DNA of 64,000 bases from Octopus sinensis (taxonomy: Eukaryota): NCBI RefSeq assembly GCF_006345805.1, contig NC_043003.1, positions 3,658,001 to 3,722,000 of the forward strand, written 5' to 3'. Shown here piece after piece: positions 1 to 14,439 of this stretch. The position numbers and the translations under genes were made by a program. The notes beneath the pieces are model-generated. The model was not told the DNA's origin and ran no database searches. It saw only the letters and a program-made list of their open reading frames with translations. Positions within the stretch are counted from its first letter, which is position 1, and each line of letters opens with the position of its first letter.

Positions 1-755
1 ATATCCAATATCTTTGTAAAATCCCTGTATATCACTGGTGCGTGATGTGGAAAACTCGGAAGAATGGGCAACCCCATGGTAGAAACAGCTGTAAGGGTTT
101 AGTATTTGTACCCTCATTTATTCTTATTTGTTTATTTTTTTAATTTCTATATTTATTTACTTCTTTATTTGCCTAATTCCTTTGTTTATTTTGATTAATT
201 ACACATATGATTGTAATCAATTAATAAATAGATCCAAATGGATGTTTACAGGCTGAGGTTTGGTGATTGATTATCCTCTCCATTTTCTTATTTGCCTTAT
301 ATATATATATGTGTGTGTGTGTGTGTATACATAGTGAGAGAGAGAGAAAGAGAGAGCACTCAATACAAACATAAAGTGTAATGAATTTATTTTATAAAGC
401 AACACACATGCACACACACACAAACACACACACAGACGCATGCACACACACACACATGTGTGTACATATGCATAACATCAACATCATCATCATCATCATT
501 GCTGTTTAATATCTACTTTTCCTTGCTTGCATGGTTCACACAGAATTTTGTTGCAGAGGCAGACTTTCTACAGCCGGATGCTCTTCCTGTTGCCAATCCT
601 CCACCATTTCCAAGTGAAGGAATATTCTCCCATGGCCAGACATGTTTACACAGAAGCCTGGAAATGAATAATGCCACTTGTATGATGCTAATGATGACGA
701 TGATGATGCTTAATTTCAACTGTCACACATACATACATACACACACGTGCACATG

Positions 756-786
<31 letters not shown>

Positions 787-987
787 ACATGACAGCCTTC
801 TTTCAGTTTCCATCAATAAATCTATTTACAAACAAGACTTTGGTCATCCAAGGGCTATAATAGAAGACACCTGTCTATGCTTGAGTGGATCATTAGAAAT
901 AGTAGTAAATAACTTCTGTTACCAAGGAGACCAAGTTAGCAGTGGAGGGGAGGGAGTTCTGAAAGTGTAGTTGCAAGGATAAGAATA

Positions 988-1762
988 GGCAAAGTTCAAA
1001 GAGAGCTTCTACCTTTGTTGGTAACTAAGGGCTTCTCCTTCCGAGTGAAAGGTAGATTGTATGATGCCTGTGTATGTGCAGCTATGTTACATGGCAGTAA
1101 AATGTGGGCTTTGATTATTGAGGACCTGTGAAGGCTTGAAAGAAATGAAGCTAGCAAGCTCTGCTGGGTGTGTAATGTCAGCGTACACACACGACAGAGT
1201 GTAAAATGATTTAAGAGGAAAAACTGGGTATAAGAGACATCAGATGTTGTGTGCAAGAGAGAAGACTGTGCTGGTTTGGTTATGGGATGCGTATGGATGA
1301 GGAGAGCTGTGTGAAGAAGTGCTGAGCTGTAATTGGGGGGGGGGACCTGTGGAAGATGTAGACCCAGAGAGACATGGGACAAAGTTGTGGAGAAAGGATC
1401 TTTGGATGCTGGGTTTCACTGAGGAAATGACAAGGGCCAGGGAGACGTGGTGATCTGCTGTATTTGATAAGGTGGGTCAAGCTGAGTAAAATCTTCCACA
1501 CATGCGGGCTTGTCCAGTCAGGTGCCACTTAAAAAGCACCCATGCTGGTGGCATGTAAAAGACACCCATGTTGGTGGCACGTAAAAGGCACTCGGGACAC
1601 TCTGTTAAGTGGCTGACATTAGGAAGGGCATCCAAATGTAGAAACCATGCATCAATAGACAGCTGGAGTCTGGACAGCTCCTTGCTAGCCAGCTCCATAT
1701 CAAACCATCCAACTCATGCCAGCATGGAAAACAGGCGTTAAATGATGATGGTGATATATATA
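988..1762 (+). mobile_element. RTE-clade LINE 3' fragment, degenerate
   Basis: Decayed LLPLLVTKG.S.RVKGRLYDACV..AMLHGS..W and RRLxWFG motifs, a 3' UTR and an (ATG)n tail. Confidence 0.85.
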
Positions 1763-2118
1763 TCACCATCATCATTATAATCATCATCACCATCATCATT
1801 GTCATCATCATAATCATCATCATCATCACCACTATCATTTAACATCCATGTTCCATGCTTGCATGGTTGGATGATTTGACAAGGATCTGCTGAGTCAAAG
1901 GACTACATCGTGCTCCTGCATCTGGTTTGGCATGGTTTCTATGACTGGATGCTCTTCCTAATGGCAACCACACACACATGACAGCTTTCTTTCAGTTTCC
2001 ATCTACAAATCTACTTACAAACAAAACTTCAGTCAGCCAAGGGCTATAACAGAAGACACTTGTCTAAGGTGCCACACAATGGGACTGAACTTCAAACCAC
2101 ATGGTTAGGAAGCAAGCT

Positions 2119-2175
<57 letters not shown>

Positions 2176-3133
2176 CATCATCATCATCATCATCGTTTAA
2201 CGTCCGTTTTCCGCGCTAGCACGGGTTGAACGGTTCGACCGGGGTCTGGGAAGCCAGGAGGCTGCACCAGGCTCCAGTCTGATCTGGCAGAGTTTCTACA
2301 GCTGGATGCCCTTCCTAACGCCAACCACTCCACGAGTGTAGTGGGTTGGCGTTAGGAAGGGCATATGGGTCAAAATAGTTTGAATCAAATTCGTTGGTAC
2401 TCTTGAGTTTCAAGTGTGATGTTAGTCATCAGACAACAAATTTGAATCAAACTGTTTTTATCCATACATGTAACTTACAATAAATTGGTTTGAGTGTCCC
2501 TCTTTCGTTTGTCCCCTCATTCATATATATATATTTATCATATATGTATATGTATATATATATTTATCTATGCCTTGCTTGTGATCATGATTCTAGCAGT
2601 CCATTCCCTATCTGATTAAGTTGTCATGAGTCGACTCACTCAGTTGTCACCAAGTGACTACTGATTTTTGCTTGGGGTTCTTGCTTTTATAACTATCCAG
2701 AAGGATAGACATATAGTTGAGAACAATGGGCTTCGTTAGTGTACTGTGATATCTCTATTCTAGCTTTTGGTGAAGTAGAAGCGGTTATAACGGTCAAGTG
2801 GTGAAGACATTATTTCAGCCTAGTTAAAGGCATCTGGCAAATGTAAAACTGCTGTCAGAGAAAAACCATTGTGCCATCACGAGAAAAGTTGTGTTGAACT
2901 GTTAATTTAAATTTGGCTATGGTGGATCGAATCCACTTCATGCCTGGAAGATTGATCGAGTGATTCATCCATCCAGCCATCCATCCATATATATATGTAG
3001 TACTCAACAGAAAAATGTCAAGTTATGAGTATACATAAGCAATATGAGTAAATTACTGATCTATTTTAAAGTTTTGTGTCAGGATCTTATTGAGGCCTCA
3101 TAGCTTGATATATTTAGAGATTTTTATAAAAAA

Positions 3134-3528
3134 CTAGCAGTATCGCCCGGCGTTGCTCGGGTTTGTAAGGGAAATAACTATATAAACATTTTGAGAGAGT
3201 TATAGCCAAAAAATAGCAAAAAAATACATTTAAAATGGAAAAAAAATGATCGTAATTTTTTTTTAAATCGTTGACTCATCGTAGACATTTTTAGAGAGTT
3301 ACTTCCCTTATATAATAGCGAAAAAATGCATTAAAATGGAAAAAATTATGGTAAATTTTTTTTAAATCGTAGACTCATCGTAGACGCGCGCTAATACCCA
3401 GAAGGGCTCGATATGAATCACGACTATAAGATACCCGGTTTTGGTTAAACTGCACCGCAAAATGTGGGAGTAATTAGGAATCTAAATCGTAGGAAACAGA
3501 CACACAACTTCACTTTTATATATAAAGA
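3134..3528 (-). mobile_element. Non-autonomous Helitron (395 bp)
   Basis: 5' TC, 3' CTAG, subterminal hairpin CCCGAGCAACGCCGGG, inserted between A and T, no TSD. Confidence 0.85.
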
Positions 3529-3810
3529 TATATTTAAGAAGAACATTTCTAAAAGCTTTCATTTTTGTTCTGATGAATGCCACTTGACAAAAAAACCCAA
3601 AAAAACTGTGAATTGTTCTGCTGTGATGCATATAGCTCAGATGTGGAGATTACACACACACACACACAGATGATAAGTGAAATGTCACAGCAATAATTCC
3701 AAGATTAAATAAAACTAATTTTTGTTACTTTTAATTTGCCAAATTCTTCTCTTTGGAATATTTCCGAGCAAGCCAGATCAGGTCGATTCCAGTCCAAGGT
3801 CAGCTGTAAA

Positions 3811-3988
3811 TCTTTGTATAACTGTTCCCGCCATTGCGACCCGGAAAGGATTTTAGCTGCAACAAAGTAAAGACAAAACAATAATTAAAAACATAATCTT
3901 ACTTAATTAAAACTGAAAATGTGAAACAAGTAAAGCAATAAAAATCTATGCCATTTTAATCCCGAGCAAGGCCGAGTATCTCTGCTAG
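3811..3988 (+). mobile_element. Related Helitron piece (3' end clear, 5' end uncertain)
   Basis: CCCGAGCAAGGCCGAG...CTGCTAG|T at 3961-3989; possible A|TCTTTGTATA start at 3811. Confidence 0.5.
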
Positions 3989-4515
3989 TAATTAGTAAAA
4001 TAGGCACAGGCGTGGCTTTGTTGACACGAGTTCACTTCCCAACCACATGGCTCTGGGTTCAGTCCCACTGCATGGCACTTTGGGCGAATGTCTTCTACTT
4101 TAGAAGACATTTGCCCAAGGTGCCTTGCAGTGGGACTGAACCCGGAACCACAGGGTTGTAAAGTGCAAGCTTCTAAACCAGACAGCCATGTCTGCACCTA
4201 TGAGCAATTAGTAAAATGGGAATTAATAAAATTATAACAGTAATTAGAAAGGAAAAAGAATCAATAGAAATTGGTAGACAAAAACATCAGAACAGCAGCT
4301 GTCTCAGTATGGGTTATTAATTGGAGGGACATTGCCCATCACTTTGGCTATGGGGGAAATGATGGTGGTGGTGGTGGTGGGTGGCAGATGGTGGGGTGAC
4401 AGTGCTGGGGAGGTGGTGATGGTGGGAGTGAGAGTGTATCGAAGTTAGTTGCAATGAAGACAGTGATGATGATGATGATGATGACAACATAGACACTCAA
4501 CAACAACAAAAACAA

Positions 4516-4550
<35 letters not shown>

Positions 4551-4573
4551 CTCATAAGACATTGTGTACTTAC

Positions 4574-4667
4574 ATCGGAATAAAGCCTTCAGAATATATT
4601 TATCAAGGTCCTTCAGGTTGGAATCCCATCCTTTTGTGTTGACGAAGGTGAGGAATGTTTGTTCGCC
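4574..4667 (-). CDS. TRPM: TRPM exon (94 nt, phase 0-1): [31 protein letters not shown]
   Basis: Acceptor TCTCTCTGTCCCCAG, donor T|GTAAGT; [10 protein letters not shown] matches the TRPM DlDxaILxAL motif. Too short for the ORF track. Confidence 0.9.
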
Positions 4668-6716
4668 CTGGGGACAGAGAGATTAAAGGTTAAAGTTTAA
4701 TGAAGACGGCATTAAAGAACAAAGGTCAATGGTTAAAATATGGAACAGCAAGAGAACAGCACATTGTGTTCTACCATGTTGCCCTAATTTTACCCCAGTG
4801 TTATGCAAATGTTACCCCATTGTTCTCCCTCTTTTTGACAATATTATGCCGATTTTCCCTTGTTATCCCACTCTGATATTCTCCCTGAAATTTCTCCTCA
4901 TGTAAAGCAGGGCAACAAGATCGCCAGGACATATTAAGAGAAACCATCTGAAGTGAAAGAAGCGAAAACTTCAGCAGTGTTTTCTGTTCTTTAAAATTTG
5001 AAACCCAGCAGAAACCCAGGATGGAATTGTCAGACTAAGGTCTGACTGTCCATTTGTGTGTTTGTCCCCTTGGGTCAAAGGAATACATGAATCACAATTA
5101 GAGACATGGGCCATGATGTAGAGAGTGACTTTTGTGTTGCAGCGTAGGAGATTGGTCAGAGGAGGTTTTAGGAAATGTGACCTGTGGTCAGAGGGCGCCA
5201 CAATGGACTTGTAAACCCAAATGATCAGCAAAGGCCCACAGCCATACTGGAACTGTGCCTGGTGGACGTCACTGAACTGAGATAAAGGACATGAGATTGA
5301 CAATACAAGATAGAAAGTCTAGTTGTTATATTAGTTGGAGGAAAACACAGTTTGGAGCTGAATTTCCTGAGGAACTGGGAAGATTAAGGAAAAACAAGGA
5401 AAACAAAAAGAAGGAAAATCAAAGGTGACAAAAGTCTGCGGACTATGATCAGAGCAAAAAGTCTGGGGATGGCAAAGGAGATATATCTTTAGGTGCACTA
5501 TCAGAAGCAGACGAGCAGGAACCTCCCTCCTTAACAGTGCCAAACTGAAGGATCAACCCTTTCGATAAAAAACTGGCACTACCACTCTGTGTTCTTTTTT
5601 TTTCCTTTATTGCCCACAAGGGGCTAAACATAGAGGGGGACAAACAAAGGGATTAAGTCAATTATATCGAGCCCAGTGCATAACTCGTACTTAATTTATC
5701 GACCTCGAAAGGATGAAAGGCAAAGTTGACCTCGGCGGAATTTGAACTTAGAACGTAAAGACAGACAAAATACCGCTAAGCATTTCGCCCAGCGTGCTAA
5801 CGTTTCTGCCAGCTCGCTGCCTTGTTCTAGTTGATCTGATCAACAGAAGAGCCTGCTCATGTGATTAACATGCAAGTGGCTGAGTACTCCACAGATACAT
5901 ATATTCTAAACATAGTTTTCACAGAGATTCAGCAGGACACAGAATGTGACAAGACTGAACCCTTTGAATTACTGGTACAACTCGTTTTTTCCAGCTGAGA
6001 AATAAAGTGTTCAACTCAAGGATCCAATGTGCCACCAGGAATTGAAATCACAACCATACAATTCTGACCCGAATATCCTAACCACTTAGCTATGAGCCTT
6101 TATCCCACTCTGTTGTGTAAGGGGCAAGAAATAATGATTTCAGATGAAAATTCCTAAAAACTCTGTGAAAATGTGAAAAGAAAACGATCACTGACAAAGA
6201 AAAACTTAACGTAAAACAACAAAAACTTGAGAGAAGAAAGACTTTCTCGTTAATGATAATGAAATCTTGTCTGAAGAAAATAACAAAGAAAATGAAAAGA
6301 ATGAAAATCAAACAATTAGTTAATAGAGAAAATTATGTATCTCAGCTGTCATACACAACGGGAAGAAGTTAGAATGACACAAAAATAGATTCGGAGTATA
6401 AACAATATGCAAAAAATAGGTTACTAGCAAATGTTAATTGAAGCCAGTACACAAAACTTATAAGAGAGTAGCCTTAAAATGCTGCTGTTCTTTAATATTG
6501 AATGTCTTAAAAAATGCTTAGGGGTACTTTTGGTTGCACTTGAACACCATTTGAGAAATGGTGAAATGAACAGGATTATAGAATGCCCTAACTCAACCAA
6601 GCTTGAAATCTACTGAAGTAATGATATATTCCTCTAACCCATGCTAGCATGAAAAAACAAAAGTATAAATGAATGAACAAACAAAAACATTATTATTATT
6701 ATCATCATCATCATCA

Positions 6717-6765
<49 letters not shown>

Positions 6766-6789
6766 TATTACTATTATTATTATTATTAC

Positions 6790-6831
<42 letters not shown>

Positions 6832-6894
6832 TATTATTATTTATTATTATTATTATTATATTATTATTATTATTACTATTATTATTATTATTAC

Positions 6895-6928
<34 letters not shown>

Positions 6929-6952
6929 TATTACTATTATTATTATTATTAC

Positions 6953-7000
<48 letters not shown>

Positions 7001-7212
7001 GGTAGTGAACTGGCAGAATCATTAGCACCCCAGGCAAAATGCTTATTGGCATTTCGTCCATCTTTATATTCTGAAATCAAATTCCTCTGAATCCATCTTT
7101 GCTATTCATCCTTTTGGGGTCATTAAAATAGGTACCAGTTCAACACTGGGACTGATGTAATTGACTAAACCCCTCCCCTCAAAATTCAGGCCTTGTACCG
7201 ATAGTAGAAGGG

Positions 7213-7253
<41 letters not shown>

Positions 7254-8247
7254 CATTATTATTATTATCATTATTATTATTATCATTATTGTCATCATCA
7301 TCATCATCATTATTACTATTAAGCTATTGCATGCGAATTTAGTTTTCAGGTATTTTATTTTGAGGTTTGGAAACAATAAGTCTCCTCGAATCTCAAGAAT
7401 CTTCCTTAGGATTCTTACAGAATATAAGAATGGCACTTTTCTGCCGGTCGACATTGCAAGTCTTAATTCCAGTTTCCTTTAGTCTTTTAGCTGCCAGCTA
7501 CACCAGTTACCACAGGAATAATTGTGGTTTCTATCTTCCACACACTATTATCATCATCATTATTTATTGTCTTTGCACAGCTTCTAATGCTGGAGATGTA
7601 CTACGGTGTCAGCTGTTCACTACCAGTGAACCAAGGTAACACCTCTTCTTTCTTGAGCACCATCCAGAGTAATCATCATTATTATTATTGTCTTTGCACA
7701 GCTTCTAATGCTGGAGATGTACTGCGGTGTCAGCTGTTCACTACCAGTGAACCAAGGTAACACCTCATCTTTTTCAAGCACCTTCCGGAATATTCGAACG
7801 GTTCCAAGTAATGCTGTTTTCTCCAAGTGCTCCACTCTTATTGCAGCCCCTATTTGTTCCATGTACTTTTAGAGATGTTTATTCACTGTTCCTAGGACTT
7901 GGACAATTATTGTTACTACTACCACCTTTTTCATCGACCACAACCACTTAACCTCCCAAGCTAACTTGTCATATCTCTCAACTTTTCTTTCTTCCTTATC
8001 GCATACGTTGTTGTCAGCTGGGCTTACTATGTCTATGATCCAGCATCATTTGCTTTCTTTCTCAATTAACACTATGCCTGGCTTCCTGTTCTCTATCTCA
8101 TGGTCGCACTGAATCATAAATCCCATAGGATCTTTGCTTATCATTTTCAACGATGCCTTCGGGTTTGTGGTTGTACCAAAGTTTTTCCTCTGTCAAGTCC
8201 ATATTTGTTGCTTGCAACAAGAATTATTATTGTTGTTATTATTATTA

Positions 8248-8289
<42 letters not shown>

Positions 8290-9953
8290 CATCATTATCA
8301 TTAATATTATTATTATCATTATTATTATTACAATAATAATAATTATTATTAATATTATTGCTATTGTCATTATTATATAACTAATTAGCAAACTCATTAG
8401 AGACAGTAATTAGTGACAAGAGAATCTCGTTATCTTTGCAACAATTTATGCCTAACTTACCAACCTCTTGAGAATATTTGACACATTCTAAAATCTTGTC
8501 ACGAAATGCATTTCTGGCAATATCGTTCTCTTTGAAGTCATCGGGGAATGTTTTTGAAATTCTTTTAATCAGTTCTGGTTTCAAGGAATTATCGGTAAAG
8601 TCCTGGTCACTTCTGTGAATGGAACGCAAACAAATTTTACCTTTAAATATTTCCATGGTATAAACTTTTACATTATATAACACAAAGATATGGCTGTCTG
8701 CGTAATGTGACTCCACCACCACCACCATCATCACCACCATTCCCATCACTACCACTATGGATATAAAACTGAGGGTCCAGTCTGGTATGTCTTCACCATT
8801 ATCTTGGTTTCTTTCCATCTGGAGTAACCAAGTATTGTCCTTACGGTAAGACACGTGTTCTTGTCTCATTATCATACTTTAACCCCTTATCCCCTGGCAA
8901 AGGGCCACTTCCCTGACTACTCCTACACTGCTCTCAGTTAAGGGCTCTTATCTTGCAAGTTACTTGGTGACCCCACTGGTGCTGGTGCCATATAAAATGC
9001 ATTCAGTGCACACTCTGCCAAGTGGTTGGCATTAGGAAGGGCATCCACCTATAGAAGAAACAACACCAAAGTCAACGCTAGAGCATGGCGCAGTACTGTA
9101 GTTTGCTGGTTCCTCTTGAAGCATCTAATCCACACAATCATGGGCAACACAGGTCAAATGGGGACAATGAACTCTCCCTTTCAGTGTGTCATTCCACCAC
9201 AATCTGAAGAATTAATATAAAATTTTCCACACCCAACTTTGATACACACACACACACACACACACCATCATCATCATTTAACATCCGTTTTCCATGCTGT
9301 CATGGGTTGGACGGATTGACTGAATACTGGTAAGCTGAGGAGCTGCACCAGGTTCAAATCTGATCTGGCATGGATTCTTTAACCAGATACCAATCACTCC
9401 AAGAGTGTAGCAGGTGCTTTTTACGTGCCACCTGTATGGGTGCCAGTTCTGTAACACCAGCATTGGCCACGACTATGATCTCGCTTGCCTTGACAGGTCT
9501 TCTCAAACACGGTATATTGTCAAAGGTCTCATCCACTTGTTGCTGCCTGTGTGGGGCCCAAAGTTCAAAGGGTGCTTTTTACATGCCAGTTATGTAACAC
9601 TGCATTGGCCACGAAATTTAAAACTGCCTCACCATTTCTCATCCTAACCACCTCTACCCCACCCCACCATACCCCACCTCACCTCCAATCTACAGGAAAA
9701 TATCTTGAATACTATGGTGACCCTTTTCACTTCCTATCTAAGGAACCCAGCTCCAATAAACTAAATCTTCTTTCCCTCTCTGCACTTTTGACCTGGGGGG
9801 TTTGTTTTTTTAATGAATTTTGTTCTGAGTATTATATATGCACTCTTCAAGTCCATATTAGGCAAGGAACATTTACACTATGTTTGTCTGTCTGCTTCTC
9901 TCTCACTCTCTCTCTCTCTATCTATCTATCTATGTCTTTCTATCTATTTCTAA

Positions 9954-10009
<56 letters not shown>

Positions 10010-13000
10010 GTGGCTGTGTGGTAAGTAGCTTGCTTACCAACCACACAGTTCCGGGTTCAGTCCCACTGCATGTCACCTTGGGCAAGTGTCTTCTACTATA
10101 GCCTCGGACCGACCAAAGCCTTGTGAGTGGATTTGGTAGACGGAAACTGAAAGAAGCCCGTCGTATATATATATATGTATATATATGTGTGTGTGTGTGT
10201 GTGTTTGTGTGTCTGTGTTTGTCTCCCCAACATCGCTTGACAACCAATGCTGGTGTGCTTACGTCCCCGTTTTTTAGCAGTTCGGCAAAAGAGACCGATA
10301 GGATAAGTACTAGGCTTACAAAGAATAAGTCTTGGGGTCGATTTGCTCGACTAAAAGGTGGTGCTCCAGCATGGCCGCAGTCAAATGACTGAAACAAGTA
10401 AAAGAAAGTAAAAGAAATATATATATATATATAAACATACATACACACAGACCTTCAACGGTACATACACACACACACTCTTATTATTGGGATAGGTTCC
10501 CAATATTAAATATACACATTCATAAGATGTGTGTGTGTGTGTGTGCATGTGTATGTGAATGCGTGTGCATGCATGCATGTGTGTGTGTGTGGTGTGTGTT
10601 TGTGTATGTACATGTGTATGTATATGTGTGCATGCATCCATGTATATATGCGTGTGTGTATGTGTGTGCATGGTGTGTGTGCATGTATGTACATGCATAC
10701 ATGTGTGTATGTGTGTGTGTGTAAGTGCATGTGTATGTGTGTGCATGCATCTGTGTGTGTGTGTGTATAAGTGCATGTGTATGTGTGTGCATGCATCTGT
10801 GTGTGTGTGTGCACGTATATATATACGTAACAGTCCATCATAATGTTTGTAGTGCTTTTCTAAAATGTTACCTTTCTTGCAATTCTTCGTAGGTATAAGC
10901 TACAAGATCTGCCGCTCCACCGATTCCTTTCAGCACCAACACAGGCATCTTGTTTTTCAGGAAGAAGAGAATATGATCGATGCTTTTTGGTCCTCCTTGA
11001 ACTAATAAACCAACAACCGGAACCGAAGCTGCAGGTGTTTCTGTTTGCATTTCCATTTCAAACGATTCTGAAAGTAGAAACATTTACACAAAATAAAAAT
11101 CTGGTGTATGCAATCGGAACAGTATTTATTTAAAATAGCCATCTATGTATCATACCAAATGTATAAGTAGCTTGTCTACCAACCGCATGGTTCCGGGTTC
11201 AGTCCCACTGCGTGGCACCTTGGGTAAGTGTCTTCTACTATAGCCTCGGGCCGACCAAAGCCTTGTGAGTGGATTTGATAGACGGAAACTGAAAGAAGCC
11301 TGTCGTATATATGTATATATATATATATATGCGTGTGTGTGTTTGTGTGTCTGTATTTGTCCCCTAGCATTGCTTGACAACCGATGCTGGTGTGTTTATG
11401 TCCCCGTCACTTAGCGGTTCGGCAAAAGAGACCGATAGAATAAGTACTAGGCTTACAAAAGAATAAGTCCCGGGGTCAAGTTGCTTAATTAAAGGCGGTG
11501 CTTCAGCATGGCCGCAGTCAAATGACTGAAACAAGTAAAAGAGTAAAGAGTATGGTCAGTAGGTCAGTTATTGCATTATTTGTCCTGAGGTAACATCTCA
11601 CATGGACATGCTGTGTTAAAAGCACAATGTCAGGGGGAGAATAAACTTTATCCCGACGATAATCAGCAAGAACACCAGACACAACCAGTATAAGTTTTAT
11701 TGACCCTCCCCCCACTGCCCCGCTCCGAAAGAGGAAAGGCAAAGTTGGCCTTGAAGGGAATACTAGGAAGTAATAAAATGCCACAGAAACATATGTTAGG
11801 TACTTACCATTACTGAAGAATCTCTTGAAGCGATGAGGTCGTCCGAGTTCTGACCCTAATCTGTATTCTAACAAACAACGAAAATGAGTAAATATTGACC
11901 TTTCTCCAACTTCGTCTTCCACAAGAATGAGGTGGGTATGGTCAGGATTCAGGTCATAGCAGTTGGAGTTTGGTTTGTGACCTTCATTTTTTATCACAAT
12001 TGGGCCATCATACTGGAAGAGAAAGGAAATGTTTTGGAGAGGAGAGAATTTCTTTGAAAAGTGAAAAATGCTAATGGAGAAGCAAATGGTCAACTGATAT
12101 TCTGATTTCCACCCTCAGAGTGATTTTCTGTGAGGCAGAGATTGGAATTTCTTTAGCTTTGGTTATGGTTAGCCCACATTATTCTGGAAGGAGCCTAGGG
12201 CTGGTTTCCTGGTTTCTCAGGTTTATGATATATTCCTCCCTGGCTGAGACACTGGTCAGTTGCAGTGTTACTCATTTTTGCCAGCTGAACAGACTGGAGC
12301 AATGTGAAATAAAGTGTCTTGCTCAAGGACACAACACCTCGCCCGGTCCGGGAATTGAAATCATAACCTTGCAATCATGGGTCCAACACCCTAACCACTA
12401 AGCCAAGTTTTGGTAAGACTTTTGAAGGATGCAAACATTAACGATGGTAAGATTTGAACCAAGAAGCCACAGAGGTCCAATCAAATACTGCCCTACCATG
12501 GCCCTCCCTCCCAGTTTTGCCAATTCCCACTCGTCTAGATTGTGCTGTAGCATGACCGGTTTAAACAACCATCTTTAAGAACAAAACTACAATCTCTATC
12601 ACTGTAATAAGCAGAAAACTTAACCAGCCTTGCCTAGCCTTCCGTCTGTTTCTGCTGCAGGTATTGAACCGCTATAAGTTCAAACGGAATAAATGCCACT
12701 ACAACCAAAGCACTGATTTAATCAGTGACCTCTACCGAGATCATCACTATTGACCTCTCACTAATTAAAAATTAACAAATTTAGGTGCACACATAGCTGT
12801 GTGGTAAGCAGTTTGCTTCCCAACCACATGATTCCAGGTTCAGTCTCAGTGTGTGGCATCTCGAGCATGTGTCTTATACTATGGCCTCGGCTGACCTTGT
12901 GACTGGATTTCTTAGATAGAAACAAAAAGAAGCCTGTCATATACATACACACATATCCATCCATATATATAGCGGTATGTCATCATCATCATCATCACCG

Positions 13001-14406
13001 TTTAACATCCGTTTTCCATGCTGGCATGGGTTGGACGGTTTCACTGAGGTCTGGAGAGCCAGTGGCTGCATCAGGCTCCAATCTGATCTGGCAAGATTTC
13101 TACAGCTGGATGCCTTTCCTAATGCCAATCACTCCAAGAGTGTAATGGATGCATTTTACGTGCCACTGGCATGGGAGCCAGTATGTATATATATATATGT
13201 ATGTATATCTATGTGCGTGTGTGTATCTTTGTGTCAGTGTTTGTCTCTCATTGCTGTTTGACAACCACTGTTGGCTTGTTTACATGCCAAGGACTTAGCA
13301 GTTCAACAAAAGAGACTAACAGAATAAATACCAGGCTAAAAAAAAGAACCCCAACTAAATGTTGGGGTTGGTTTGTTTGACTAAAAGTTCCTCCATTGTT
13401 TCATAAATATTGATCAAGGTGGTGCCCCAGCATGGCCACAGTCTAATGACTGAAACAAGTAAAAGATAAAAAGATGAGAAAAGAAATTAAGCAAAAAGGG
13501 AATTCCAAAAGACTTCTTACCAAACCATCAAAGGAACTCTCATAGGAAATACAATGTTTTGGCATTATTCCAATCACAGTTAGTTTGGGTAAACGATGGC
13601 ATTGTTCTGCATGAATTGATGCATATGCCTGTTGGACACGGTTACTGATTCGGTGGATTTTCTCTTCATGAATGGCATCACCAATTGTCTTGGCAATACC
13701 ACCATCAACACCATTTGTTATTATCCAAAGTTCTGTAGTGTTTGCAGCCTGAAATTGGTGGTGGTGTGGTGTGGGGGTAGAGAAAGAAAAAAAAAGAAAC
13801 ATGAGAACATTAAAAACAGAAATGGTTTCTCAAAGATTTTCTTTGAAGATTTTAAAAATATTGCTTTCATCAGAATTATCATAAAGAATCTATTTTCTTG
13901 GAAAAGTTTGGATGTCCATTCATTTTACAACAGGATAAATAAGATAGACTGATTTATAACTACCAAATTATTCAAATAACTTTTACAGGGAATATTCTGA
14001 ATTTAGTCAAAGTGCTATAGATGTTCTTTTATTCTTTTATACATTTCATTGATGTGACTGTGATCATTCTAGAGCACGCCATGATAATCGTTAGCCACTA
14101 CACACTCTACTATTTTGTTCTATTTAACTCTCTCATATCGTCTCTGATGAAGGGATATCCTTCATATCCCTGAAACAGCTGTAAGACTACCTTTTTCTTT
14201 AGAAATTTCTCTTTAGAAATTTCACACTGCCTTGCCATTTTGATCTCATTTTATTTAATTAACACACACACGCACACACATACACACACATGGAATGGAC
14301 AGCCCAAATGTTTGCTACATGGTCATTATTCAATAATGTAAATTATTGCATAATATTACATAACCACACCATTTCAGCAGGCAGTACTGAATCTTTTTAC
14401 TAGCCA

Positions 14407-14439
<33 letters not shown>

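Noticed and set aside
6669-7025. Poly-Y/L/I, poly-HT and poly-CV ORFs throughout the window
   Set aside because: Microsatellite translations.
8381-8875. 164-aa ORF as a complete gene
   Set aside because: Only 8465-8612 is bounded by splice sites; the rest is intronic read-through.
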